DNA of 55,727 nucleotides from Octopus bimaculoides (taxonomy: Eukaryota): assembly GCF_001194135.2 (NCBI RefSeq), contig NC_068983.1:38744726-38800452 (forward strand), in the 5' to 3' direction. Both the position numbers and the translations under genes were made by a program. Of this stretch, positions 1 through 11,762 are shown piece by piece (positions within the stretch are counted from its first letter, which is position 1; every line of letters begins with the position of its first letter). The notes under the pieces are model-generated. The model was given only the letters and a program-made list of their open reading frames with translations. It was not told where the DNA came from and searched no databases.

Positions 1-489
1 TATATATATATACATACACACATATATATATACATACATACACACATACACATATAGGCTGTTCAATAGTATATTTTTTTCTGTTTCCTTTCCCTTTTCC
101 TTTCAATTTTTCTTTTTTCTTCTTCTGTCTCCCTTACTCCTTCTCTTCCCCCTTCTCTTCCTGCTAATTTGTCACAAACACACAGTTGACGACGATAATG
201 ATGATGACGATGATGATGACGACGGTGATACCATCATCATCATCTCCATCACCATTACCATCAGCATTAATTTTTTAAAAATCCTATGGCTTGTCCCTTT
301 GTTTATTTTTCTTTCATCATTTATAATGCTTTTTTTCTTTTGTTTTTTTTAAAGTTCTTTAGTTTTTTTGGGTTTTTTTTTGTCTTTTCTATAAATTGTT
401 TCTATTTGTCATTTCAGCAGGGTGAGTATGTGTGTACGTGTATACACACACGTATTCATGTGTGTGTGTGTATATTGTGGATTTGTTTG

Positions 490-1165
490 TTTGTTTGTGT
501 GTGTGTGTATGTGTGTATGCATGTTCTATATGTGTGTATTTATGCACTTTGCTGTAGTGTCTACATCTACATGTCTGTATATGTATGTATGTATGTATAT
601 TCATGTGTGTGTATATTTTATGAGTGTGTGTGTGTTTATGTGCACAATTTGTTGTGTGTGCATGTGTATGTCTGTATGTGTATGTATATATATATGCACG
701 TATGTATGTGTGTATGTATGTATGTATGCCTGTGTGACTGCATGTATTTTCGTGTGTGTGCTTATGTGCACAGTTTGTTGTATGTGCATGTCTGTATGTG
801 TATATATGTATGTGCATGTATGTATGTATGCATGTGTGACTACGTATATATTTGATATGTAAGCTTATGTGTGCAGTTTGTTGTGTGTGCATGTGTATGT
901 CTGTATGTGTATGTATGTGTATACATGTGTGTATGTATGTGTGACTGCATGTATATTTGATGTATGTGCTTGTGTATGCAATTTGCCATGTGTCCATGTG
1001 TATGTTTGTATGTGTATGCATGTGTGTATATATGTGTGACTGCATGTATATTTGATGTGTGTGCATATGTATGCAATTTTCTGTGTGTGCATGTGTATGT
1101 CTATGTGTATGTGTGTGTGTGTATCTTTGATTTTTGTGTGTGAGTGTGTTGATGTGCACAATTTA
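490..1165. repeat. Compound (TG)n/(TATG)n microsatellite with higher-order ~95-125 bp units
   Basis: A cassette like GCACA(A/G)TTTGTTGTGTGTGCATGTGTATGTCTGTATG recurs near 544, 642, 768, 871, 978, 1072 and 1155. Confidence 0.85.
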
Positions 1166-1451
1166 TTGTGGTAAGTGTAGTTGCATATCTGTGTGTGTGT
1201 GTGTGTGTTTGATCAATATATTTGTCAATGCACCAACAGTTGCATCTCACTGTCTGTTAAGTTGGTAGCGCTGTGCAGCAACAGCATTCCTGCTGTTCAA
1301 CTAGTTTGTTCTCTTTTTCGAAACTACTCATTGTTCAACAAAAGCTCTTATTATTCATTCCACCAAAAAAACAAAACAAAACAAAAAACAAAAAACAAAA
1401 CAAAAACAATCATTGTTTTGTCATTCTTTTACAACTGCTGCTTCTTCTGCA

Positions 1452-1775
1452 ATTTCTCAAAGTATATCCCAACAGTCTTCCTTTTCTTGACAATGAGAGA
1501 AAGCAAGAGATGAAAGGCGGGACACAGGGTGGGAGTAAGAAGTAGCGAGAGAGAGAGAGAGAGAACAAGGGTGAAACAAAGAGAGAGAGGAGGAAATGTG
1601 TGAGAGAANNNNNNNNNNATTTCTCAAAGTATATCCCAACAGTCTTCCTTTTCTTGACAATGAGAGAAAGCAAGAGATGAAAGGCGGGACACAGGGTGGG
1701 AGTAAGAAGTAGCGAGAGAGAGAGAGAGAGAACAAGGGTGAAACAAAGAGAGAGAGGAGGAAATGTGTGAGAGAA
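1452..1775. other. Exact 157-bp duplication either side of a 10-N gap (probable assembly overlap artefact)
   Basis: 1452-1608 and 1619-1775 read identically and abut the N run at 1609-1618. Confidence 0.85.
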
Positions 1776-2438
1776 AGTAAAAGAATGAGATGGTCTGGGA
1801 TGATTTAATATTTTTTAATTATTTTGTTTTATTTTATTTTTGTTTTAGTTTTTTGTGTTTTTTTTTTCTAGCAAAGTAGGAAGAATAAAAAAAAAATGTA
1901 TAAGAATTTTGTCAGTTTCTTTATTGAAAGAAAAAAAATATCATATGAAAAAGAAAAAAGAACCCAGTTACCATCACGCTTATCCTCCACCATCACAGCT
2001 CCTACTAATGCTTTTGCTACTACTACTACTACTACTACTACTATCGTTTCATCACAGTCCTTTACCTCATAATCTGCACACACCTCCATGCCACCCCACC
2101 CTCCATTGGACCATTATTCTCACTGTCATCCCTACCATTGCCATCATCACCATCTTTTATAGTCTTTCCTCCTCCTCTTCTCCACTCCCCCACCCCCACC
2201 ATGTTCTTCTTCATCTTCATCCCTGATGTTGGTACCACCCTTTGTTGTCGCTGTCATTATTGACACTCTTGTTATTGTTGCCATCGTCATCGTCACCATT
2301 TTCATCGTCTTCGTCATCATCATCGTCATCATCATCATCATCATCGTCATTGTCATCATCGTCATCACTACAAGCAACATTATCATTTTTGCACTGCCAC
2401 CAGCACCACCACCACCACCACCCATACTGCTATCACAG

Positions 2439-2465
2439 AATTGAATTACTATGACTGTTGCCAAG
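2439..2465 (+). CDS. Candidate 27-nt microexon (x-LNYYDCCQ, phase 1-1)
   Basis: catactgctatcacag|AATTGAATTACTATGACTGTTGCCAAG|gtatca; open in only one frame; pyrimidine tract is weak. Confidence 0.2.
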
Positions 2466-3211
2466 GTATCAAAACATTTTAAACTGTTATTAATCATGGC
2501 CCCAAATCAAAGATGAACTTTGGTCTGTCTGTGTTAAGCACCATTAAATACAATTGGTTTGTTTGTGTAAAGCACATTTTGAATTCCCTCACGTGCGCGC
2601 ACGTGTGTTTGTGAGTGTGTATGTGTGTGTGCATGTGTGCGCACATGTATGTGTGTATATGTGTGTGTATGTGTAAATATACGTATTGAAGTCTTATCTC
2701 TTTATCGTGGCTCTAGTACTCTTACATTTGTTGCGTGAGACAGACTGTCAGCTGAAGGACTGGTGGTTCATGTCATGTAGTCAGTCTTCTGTTGTGCTCA
2801 AGACTAAGACACCTAAAACTCTGTGGCTTAGTTCCTGGTGATATGAATAAGTACCAATTGTAGGTACAGTTCACAGATGTATTGTTTTCTGTTTTTTGTT
2901 TATTCTAAGACTTATTTTAGAGGAGAAAGACTGGCTGAACACACATCCTTCCTAGTTTGTCCACGATTGGTGTAATCAATACTGCTTAAGTTCAAGTTGA
3001 GCACCTACTCAATGAAGTGGGAATTACAGAGGTTTGATGTTCTGGAAAGGATTGGTGGTAGGGGATATGTGTTTAGTGCAAAGCCTTGGAGCTAGGCACA
3101 AGAAATGTGATGAGAAGAAGCAAGATAGCTGTGATGCTTGATCTTGGATGGCAATGGTAAGTAATTAGGCTGGATTTGTGGAGTAAAGATAGAATATTTT
3201 AAAAACATCTT

Positions 3212-3771
3212 TCTTTTACTTGTTTCAGTTATTTGACTGCGGCCATGCTGGAGCACTGCCTTTAGTCAATCAAATCAACCCCAGTACTTATTCTTTGTAA
3301 GCCTAGTACTTATTCTATCAGTCTCTTTTGCCAAACTGCTAAGTTACAGGGACGTAAACACACCAGCATCGGTTGTCAAGCAATGTTGGGGGGACAAACA
3401 CACACACACAAACATATACACATGCATACATATATATGCAAGCAAATCGACCCCAGGACTTATTCTTTGGAAGCCTAGTACTTATTCTATCGGTCTCTTT
3501 TGCCGAACCGCTAAGTTACGGGGACATAAACACACCAGCATCGGTTGTCAAGCAATGTTGAGGGGAAAAACATATATGCACACATACACACATATATATA
3601 CATATATACGACGGGCTTCTTTCAGTTTCCATCTACCAAATCCACTCACAAGGCTTTGGTTGGCTCGAGGCTATAGTAGAAGACACTTGCCCAAGGTGCC
3701 ACACAGTGGGACTGAACCCAGAACCACATGGTTGGAAGCAAGCTAGTTACCACACAGCCACTCCTATGCCT
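3212..3771 (-). mobile_element. tRNA-headed CORE-type SINE (family B), with internal duplication of its 3' body
   Basis: Minus strand gives GGAGTGGCTGTGTGG (A box), GGTTCTGGGTTCAGTCCC (B box), a CORE-like GTGGCACCTTGGGCAAGTGTCTTC, a CA/TA tract and the 3' body; ~110 bp of body is repeated (about 3275-3385 and 3445-3565). Confidence 0.85.
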
Positions 3772-3916
3772 AGTATTATATATATTGTTGTATATTGATT
3801 GTAGAAGTGCTAGAGAATGTATATTTAAACATGAAGAATTAATCTTTCAAAGAATGAAGAATGAAGATGATGTATAGGTTTATGTGAATGTGTATATGTG
3901 TGTGCGTACATGTGTG

Positions 3917-3947
<31 letters not shown>

Positions 3948-4159
3948 TTGTGTGCTTTGATGTTTGTTTTTATGTTCAGTTATAATAAAAACAATTTTAA
4001 TTAATCTGTTAGGTTACTCTATACTTTTGAAGAATACAAATTTATTTATTCTTAAACAAGAACATTATTAACAGTGACTTCAAAATTTTGACTTAACTGT
4101 GTAGAACTTTGAAGTTCACAGTCAATAATATTCTTGTTTGAGGATAATATATATATGTA

Positions 4160-4191
<32 letters not shown>

Positions 4192-5354
4192 TGGAGCTAG
4201 GCACATCCCTGTGACTCACTGGATCCTGTCAAACCGTCCAACCCATGCCAGCTTGTAAAACAGACATTAAATAATGATGTAAATATGTGTGTGTACGTGC
4301 ATGCATGTGTGTATGTGTATGCATCTGTCTGTATGTCTGTCTGTGTGTGTGTGTGAAAGAAAGAGAAATAATTTGTGAGTTTACAAGTGAGAAAAAGTGA
4401 GCTTTTAGAGAAATCAAAATATACTGAATTAAACCCCACCACCACCACCACCAAAAAAGAAAAAGGAAAAAACAAGTCATAAAAGATTGTAAACTAATAA
4501 ATAAATTACATAAATTAATAATAGAGGAATAAACATAAATGGAAGCAAGAATAAGAGTGCCGGAACACAATTTCTCTGAGACGGAGGTTACGTAAACATT
4601 AGCTAACATTTAGAAATGCCTCATTACCAAAGTATACATATATAACAAACTGGGAGAAAGAGAGTGATTGAATTGGAGAATAGACTATGAGATCAATCAT
4701 ATAACTTCATTGGCTGATGTAGATACTAAACACAGCCCTCTTCTTAGGGTCAGGTCATGGTTATTAGAAAATTTACCAGAATTTATATCGATTCTAGTCT
4801 GTTTTCAATTATATCATGAAAACACTTAATCCTGTGGACTTCTGTGATGTTTTCCTTTTTCTTTTTTCTCTCTGTTTTTTTTTTGTTTTTCTTTTTTCTT
4901 TTTATTTATTTATTTATTTATTTATTTATTTTTTGTCTCTCTATAACTCTGTAATATAAGTAAGTATTATTGGAAATTTCCGGAACGGGTTAATGTGCTG
5001 GTGTATTGAATATAGAGTACGATGACATTTTAAATGCTTTTCATTTTGGAACTAGTTTGATAAGCTTCGACTAAATGGTTTCAAAATAAACAATAAAAAA
5101 ACAAGCAAAAAAGAAGCAAGAAACCAAGAATATTACATTTTTATTTTTTATTTGAGACCAAAATAATAATGCCGGTGAGCATAATGATGACAATCAAGAT
5201 GACGATTATTCTCATTGTAGTCATATCATCATCATCATTATTATTGTTGATGTCATTGTCATTGTTATCATAGTCACTTTAATGCTTTTCCATGCTTGCA
5301 AGAGGTTGGTAGATTCTTTCTCTATGGTGGAATGCCCTTCCTGTCTAACACCAA

Positions 5355-5439
<85 letters not shown>

Positions 5440-5477
5440 CACTCACACACACGCACGCACACACACATACACAATCA

Positions 5478-5645
5478 TCATCATTTAACATCCATTCCCA
5501 TGTTGGCATGGGTTGGATGTTTTGACAGAAGTTGGCAAGCTGAAGGGCTGTTCAAGGCTCCATTGCCTGTTTTTGACATGGTTTCTATGGCTGGATGCCC
5601 TTCCTAATGCCAACCACTTTACAGAGTGTACTGAGTACCTTTACA
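5478..5645 (-). mobile_element. RTE-tailed SINE-like repeat (family C) fragment
   Basis: Minus strand has AGGAAGGGCATCCAGC ... CCAACCCATGCCAACATGG ... GTTAAA(TGA)n, shared with many copies in the window. Confidence 0.75.
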
Positions 5646-5710
5646 CAGCGAATGCTCAACACCACATTGGTGGATAGAATTTTTTTATTTGTGTATTAAG
5701 GCTACCATTG

Positions 5711-5938
5711 GCCTTTAGTTGAACAAATCGAACCCAGGACTTATTCTTTGTAAGCCTAGTATTTATTCTATAGGACTCTTTTGCTGAACTGCTAAGTTAC
5801 GGGGACGTAAACAAACCAGCATCGGTTGTTAAGCAATGGGGGTTGGGGACAAACACAGACACACAAACACATACACATACACCAAAGGCGGTGCTCGAGC
5901 ATGGCTGTAGTCCAATGACTGAAACAAATAAAAGAATA
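5711..5938. mobile_element. Family B SINE copy with inverted 5' part and sense 3' tail
   Basis: 5711-~5883 is the family B body in minus orientation; 5884-5938 (AAAGGCGGTGCTCGAGCATGG...AAAGAATA) is the contiguous 3' tail in plus orientation. Confidence 0.75.
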
Positions 5939-5994
5939 GCTCTCCTGTGTGACCCCTCTGTCTGGCATTCTCCATGATAGATTGCTAGCCACTA

Positions 5995-6165
5995 AACCTT
6001 TTTCCATTTTCTCTCCCTGTTTATTTCTGTATTCCTTTCTGTCGAAGAGCGTAGGCTCGAAACATAAAAGACTTTCTCACTTCCCAAGCATTAAATTAAT
6101 ACATCTGTTTGTTGTTTACACACCTGTCTTCGTCTTTCATTTTTTTTTGTAAAGTTCACTATACA
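5995..6165 (+). mobile_element. Repeat fragment with hammerhead-like core (Penelope-like terminal repeat, inferred)
   Basis: Homologous to 11595-11762; 6035-6070 reads CTTT-CTGTCGA-A-GAGC(GTAG)GCTC-GAAAC-ATA-AAAG. Confidence 0.55.
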
Positions 6166-6673
6166 CACATATATATATATATATAAATGCATGCGCGTGT
6201 GTGCATGAATGATGTAATGCAGTGATGTTAAATCCATTACACAAGGGTTACATCTCTGAACAACATACATACAAATAAACACAACATACATACAAATAAA
6301 CAAAACCAAATACTTATTCCTATTATCTCACCTTTGTAGCATGTGCTACCAGGTCAGCATTATTTTGCCATCAGGTGAAACAAAGCACTCTATATATATA
6401 TATGGCATAGCATTTAAATACTATGTTGTATTTTATCAAAAGAAAAAAAATTTAGTTCAGTATTGCTTTTCATCCAACTAGTATCAATAAAACTGTACCA
6501 GTAATACACCTGAGTTGATTTGACTGAACTATATGTATGTATGTATATATGTATGTATGTATGTGTGTCTTATAATAATACATTTATATACACTCCATCA
6601 AAAGAAATTGATATTTCAGATAAGCTCTATCTATGCATCTATTTCCATAGGTACACATTGCAGAGGTTCTTTG

Positions 6674-6710
<37 letters not shown>

Positions 6711-6712
6711 GT

Positions 6713-6757
<45 letters not shown>

Positions 6758-7022
6758 CACACACTTGTGTTGTATGTAAGAACGAGGCAATTTTCTGATT
6801 TTACAACATGGGGAAACGATTAAAGGACTGATCACTGAAATACTTTGAAATGATTGAAGTTTTGGGGTACTTTTTATCATATTTGCTCATGGTCACACTT
6901 TCTAATTTTCTTTTCTCTTTTTTTTTTAGTGCGTGTTTGTGTGCATGTGTGTATGTGTGTGTGTGTGTGTGTATGTGTGTGTGTGTGTGTGTGTTTCTTC
7001 TTTCTTGTCTCTCTATTCACAG

Positions 7023-7073
7023 GATATATTTCTGATTGAAATGTTTTCTCCTTCAATATGTTTGTATAAGTGT
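7023..7073 (+). CDS. Candidate 51-nt exon (DIFLIEMFSPSICLYKC, phase 0-0)
   Basis: Strong acceptor tttcttctttcttgtctctctattcacag and donor gtaagt; single open frame; peptide not recognised. Confidence 0.2.
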
Positions 7074-7129
7074 GTAAGTATGTTAGTGTGTGCATGGTGT
7101 GTGTGTCAGTGAGTTTATGTATTTGAATG

Positions 7130-7166
<37 letters not shown>

Positions 7167-8700
7167 ACGTGTGTGTGTATGGTGTGTGTGTGTGTCGTGT
7201 GTGTATGGTGTGTGTGTCAGTGAGTGTATGTATTTGAATGCATATGTATGTGTGTGTGTGTGTGTGTGTGTATGTTTGTGTTAGTGTGTGCATGGTGTGT
7301 GTCTGAGTTTATGTATTTGAATGTGTGTGCATGTGTGTGTGTTTAGTGTATGATAGTGTGTGTGTGTGTGCGTGTGTTAGTGTGTATGGTTATGAATGTT
7401 CATAAATAAGCGAATGGTTTGTAGTTGGTGTTAGTATGTATGAATGTATATGTGTCTGCGCATGCAGCTATGTGTTTCCATACACTTGTATCTTACATCT
7501 GTGCATGGTTGTCAGTATATACATATAGATGCAAATGTGGACACAGGCATAGCAAAATGGTTAAGAAGTTCATTTTGCACTCATGAGATCCTGGGTTCAT
7601 TCCTACAGTCTGGTAGCTTTCAACCTAATCTAAGGCAGTGGACAAATGGAACTGTTACAGAGTTGGGCAAAATGTCATGTGGTATCTGCTCTGGTTCTTT
7701 AAGTTCTCTCTTATTTGTGGGGTTCAAATATCAAGACTTTGAATATTTATCTACAAATCCATAAAGAACCATGATGAAGGATACTCTGATGTTCCTCTTT
7801 TATCTCTAATATTAGAGCATAAAATTTCAAGATATATACCTGACTATGAAGAATTACTACAAACTGTTACTTAGCTGATTTTCTTGTTTTTGCTGCTAAA
7901 TTTCATATATGACTTTACACTGCCTATTCAAAATTAATCGATTGAAAAGCAATTCTATTAAAAAATATAGCTAATCGTCAGGTCAAAATAAAATAATAAT
8001 AATAAAATCAATGTATATATATCGACTAACAATAAATATCAAATGAATTTATATAAAAATACTTATTTTACCAATAAATAAAAGAAAAACATTTAACAAT
8101 ATTACTGAAAATAAATGCAATACTTATCTTATCGAAGCTTTAGTTTATATATGGATTAACTACCTACACTTTTTTTCTGCAAAATAGGGGTAGTTTACCC
8201 TGTTCAGGCTATATTATTAGCATTATCCTGCGTTTGAGAATTTAAAATCACTTCTTTAACTTTCTAAGACATCTCAACGCTTCTAAAAGCAAACTTCGTT
8301 TGTTTGATTACGTTTATTGTAATTTGAATTTATATATATGTATTTATGTGTATGTATGTGTATTTGTGTATAAATTTATCAAATTTATAGGCAAAAATAC
8401 AACGATATGTTTAATAAACATATTTGAAGATCATTGTGAAAATAGAACTTTTGGTTAAACAACATGTATCTCAAGTTTAACCAGAGAGCTCAGCAAGTTT
8501 AATCACATGTCTATTTTGACAACGAGGGTGAAAATATGTTTACGAAACATATGTTTGCTCACTGTTTGCAAAATTGATCTCAAATATACCTTGCCACTCT
8601 TTGTTTGTTTGTTTGTATGTATGTATGTATGTATGTATTTATGTATATCTATCAATCAGTCTGTCTGTATATATATATATATATATATATATACTCTTAC

Positions 8701-9313
8701 TCTTTTACTTGTTTCAGGCATTTGACTGCGGCCATGCTGGAGCACCGCCTTTAGTCAAGCAAATCAACCCCAGGACTTATTCTTTGTAAGCCTAGTACTT
8801 ATTCTATTGGCCTCTTTTGCTGACCCGCTAAGTTACAGGGATGTAAACACACCACCTTCGGTTGTCAAGTGATGTTGGGGGGACAAACACAAACACATAA
8901 ACATATACACGCACATACATATATACAGGGTGTCCACAAAGTCTGGGTACATGGGGATTAACACATACTTTAAGAAATTATTAATTCTTATATTTAATTG
9001 TTTATGTTATGATTTTATTTACTCCATGTACCCACATGGGGATTAACACATACTTTAAGAAATTATTATTTCTTATATTTAATTGTTTATGTTGTGATTT
9101 TATTTACTCCATGTACCCAGACCTTGTGGACACCCTGTATATACATATATACGACAGGCTTCTTATAGTTTCCGTCTACCAAATCTACTCACAAGTCTTT
9201 GGTCAGCCTGATTCTATAGTAGAAGACACTTGCCCAAGGTGCCATGCAGTAGGAATGAACCCGGAACCATGTGGTTGGTAAGCAAGCTACTTCCACACAG
9301 CCACTCCTGCACC
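8701..9313 (-). mobile_element. Family B SINE interrupted by a Tc1/mariner MITE
   Basis: Same blocks as 3212-3771; its central CA/TA tract hosts the insertion at 8926-9137. Confidence 0.85.
8926..9137. mobile_element. Tc1/mariner-type MITE with internal 85-bp tandem duplication
   Basis: TIRs CAGGGTGTCCACAAAGTCTGGGTACATGG / CCATGTACCCAGACCTTGTGGACACCCTG, TA on both sides; 8950-9034 is repeated at 9035-9119. Confidence 0.9.
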
Positions 9314-9368
9314 TATATATATATATATATTTAGAGAGAGAGGGAGAGAGAGGGAGATAGATAGATAA

Positions 9369-9400
<32 letters not shown>

Positions 9401-10020
9401 AGTTATGTTATATTCCATAAAGGACCTGGTAGAGTACAGTATAAAGCTCGTCCACCTGGATCTTATTATGCAAACAAACAGTTGCATAATCAAATACCTG
9501 TATTCTTGGATTATTGTGAAACAATTGTAGCAAATAATAAATAAATGTCCAACCATACTTCTTCTTGACTCCAATTTCTTTCTTCAGTTATATGGTTAAA
9601 ATTTGCCCCGTTTATAATTATACCATATGTTACGTATATATTATATCATACCTTGATACTGTGTGGACTAAGATCCCTGTTGACAGGCCACTGGTATTTA
9701 TAGTGTGTTAAACACTTTCAGTATGCAAATTAAGTCCTTCATAGAGTAACTGCTGCATTTGTTGAGTATATAAACAGTTTGTCTGCTTGTTTTTCTAGAG
9801 ACTGTCAGAATAATGTAAACACCTCTGATAAGAACCCAATAAGATTTGAAAACAACAAAAGTTGTTCATCATTTTTTACAGTCTGTGGAGCAATGGCTAA
9901 AATTTGCTGTTTATAACTATACCATATGTTACACACACACACACATATATATGTATATATATATATATATATATGTATATACACACATACATATGTATGT
10001 GTGTGTATTATATATAAAAA

Positions 10021-10249
10021 CAAGATGGCCAAAAGTCACCTGACATTAAATGAAAACCATTTAATTCCAAGAATAAAACAAAAAAAATTTATATGAGACT
10101 TTGCTAATAGACAAATGTTGAGAAAAATGGTGATTTTAACTCACAGCTTTCAATTAATAAACATTCATAATTGGAATGAATAAATAAAATTGAATATTAA
10201 GTATTTATAGAATTTTGATTTACTGTCAGGTGACTTTTGGCCAAACCTG
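10021..10249. mobile_element. Tc1/mariner-type MITE
   Basis: Inverted ends CAAGATGGCCAAAAGTCACCTGACA / TGTCAGGTGACTTTTGGCCAAACCTG; right end followed by TA. Confidence 0.8.
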
Positions 10250-10286
10250 TATACATATGCATGTGCACATATACACACACACACAC

Positions 10287-10540
10287 ATCAGTAATCATGT
10301 GATTGACCAGATTATCAGATGTTGTTATATATTGCTGGTCACTGCTTTGCATCATTTTAGCTTTCAGATGATGACACCCTGCTGATCAGGAGGCTAGTAC
10401 ATCACAGGGTTACTCATTCACAGATGAGTTGACTGGAGCATTGTGAAATGAAGTGCCTTGGTCAAAGAACATAATACACTGCCCAGCCCAGGAACTGAGC
10501 CAATGAGCTGCCCATCATGAGCGCAACACCTTAACCTCTA
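10287..10540 (-). mobile_element. Degenerate SINE (CORE-like); related copy at about 45160-45400
   Basis: Both copies share ATCAGATGTTGTTA...CTGGTCAC...CTTTGCATCATTTTAGCTTT...GACTGGAGCA..GTGAAATGAAGTGC. Confidence 0.65.
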
Positions 10541-10629
10541 CTAATATATGTGTGTGTGTGTGTGTATGCATATATAGTGCCAGTGTGTGTGTGTGTGTGT
10601 GTGTGTGTATGTATGCATATATAGTGCCA

Positions 10630-10689
<60 letters not shown>

Positions 10690-11372
10690 NNNNNNNNNNN
10701 NNNNNNNNNNNNNNNNNNNNNNNNNNNNNNNNNNNNNNNNNNNNNNNNNNNNNNNNNNNNNNNNNNNNNNNNNNNNNNNNNNNNNNNNNNNNNNNNNNNN
10801 NNNNNNNNNNNNNNNNNNNNNNNNNNNNNNNNNNNNNNNNNNNNNNNNNNNNNNNNNNNNNNNNNNNNNNNNNNNNNNNNNNNNNNNNNNNNNNNNNNNN
10901 NNNNNNNNNNNNNNNNNNNNNNNNNNNNNNNNNNNNNNNNNNNNNNNNNNNNNNNNNNNNNNNNNNNNNNNNNNNNNNNNNNNNNNNNNNNNNNNNNNNN
11001 NNNNNNNNNNNNNNNNNNNNNNNNNNNNNNNNNNNNNNNNNNNNNNNNNNNNNNNNNNNNNNNNNNNNNNNNNNNNNNNNNNNNNNNNNNNNNNNNNNNN
11101 NNNNNNNNNNNNNNNNNNNNNNNNNNNNNNNNNNNNNNNNNNNNNNNNNNNNNNNNNNNNNNNNNNNNNNNNNNNNNNNNNNNNNNNNNNNNNNNNNNNN
11201 NNNNNNNNNNNNNNNNNNNNNNNNNNNNNNNNNNNNNNNNNNNNNNNNNNNNNNNNNNNNNNNNNNNNNNNNNNNNNNNNNNNNNNNNNNNNNNNNNNNN
11301 NNNNNNNNNNNNNNNNNNNNNNNNNNNNNNNNNNNNNNNNNNNNNNNNNNNNNNNNNNNNNNNNNNNNNNNN
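10690..11372. other. Assembly gap
   Basis: N run; other large gaps at 25247-25739, 32971-33516, 37807-38151, 39068-39350, 40269-40368, 44480-45079 and 48060-48756; 10-N gaps near 1609, 13105 and 46769. Confidence 0.99.
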
Positions 11373-11406
<34 letters not shown>

Positions 11407-11408
<2 letters not shown>

Positions 11409-11570
11409 CTGCAAGTGTGGCTGTGTGGTAAGAAGCTTGCTTCCCAACCACATGGTTCTGGGTTCAGTTCCACTGTGTGGAACTTTGGGTAAGTATCTTC
11501 TACTATAACCTCAGGTGAACCAAAGCCTTGTGAGTGGATATGGTAGAGGGAAACTGAAAGAAGCTCGCCA
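11407..11570 (+). mobile_element. Family B SINE 5' half (tRNA head and CORE-like block)
   Basis: GTGTGGCTGTGTGGTAAGAAGCTTGCTTCCCAACCACATGGTTCTGGGTTCAGTTCC...; similar 5' halves at 17417-17580 (+), 30779-30925 (-), 45420-45592 (-) and 48830-48962 (+). Confidence 0.85.
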
Positions 11571-11594
11571 TATATATATGTAATCCTTAAACAT

Positions 11595-11762
11595 TTTTTT
11601 TCTCACTCTGGTTTTTTTTTCCTCTTAATCCTTTCTGTTGAAAAGCATAAGCTTGAAATATCAAAAACTTTTCCATTCTTCCCAAGTTTTAAATTAATAC
11701 ACCTGCTTGTTGTTTCTACACCTGTCTTTATCTTTTGTTTTTCTGTAAATTTGAACTATATC
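11595..11762 (+). mobile_element. Second copy of the repeat with hammerhead-like core
   Basis: 11631-11666 reads CTTT-CTGTTGA-A-AAGC(ATAA)GCTT-GAAAT-ATC-AAAA; flanks match 5995-6165. Confidence 0.55.

Noticed and set aside
286-1161. Long ORFs rich in C/V/Y/M or H/T/I
   Set aside because: Translations of (TG)n/(CA)n/(TATG)n tracts; the same applies to most ORFs in the track
1452-1775. Apparent recent tandem duplication
   Set aside because: Identical copies directly flanking a 10-N gap indicate unmerged overlapping contig ends; similar at about 46769
10515-11508. ORFs of 250-390 aa containing X runs (also near 25042, 32802, 37580, 38803, 44441 and 47923)
   Set aside because: Open only because they span N gaps
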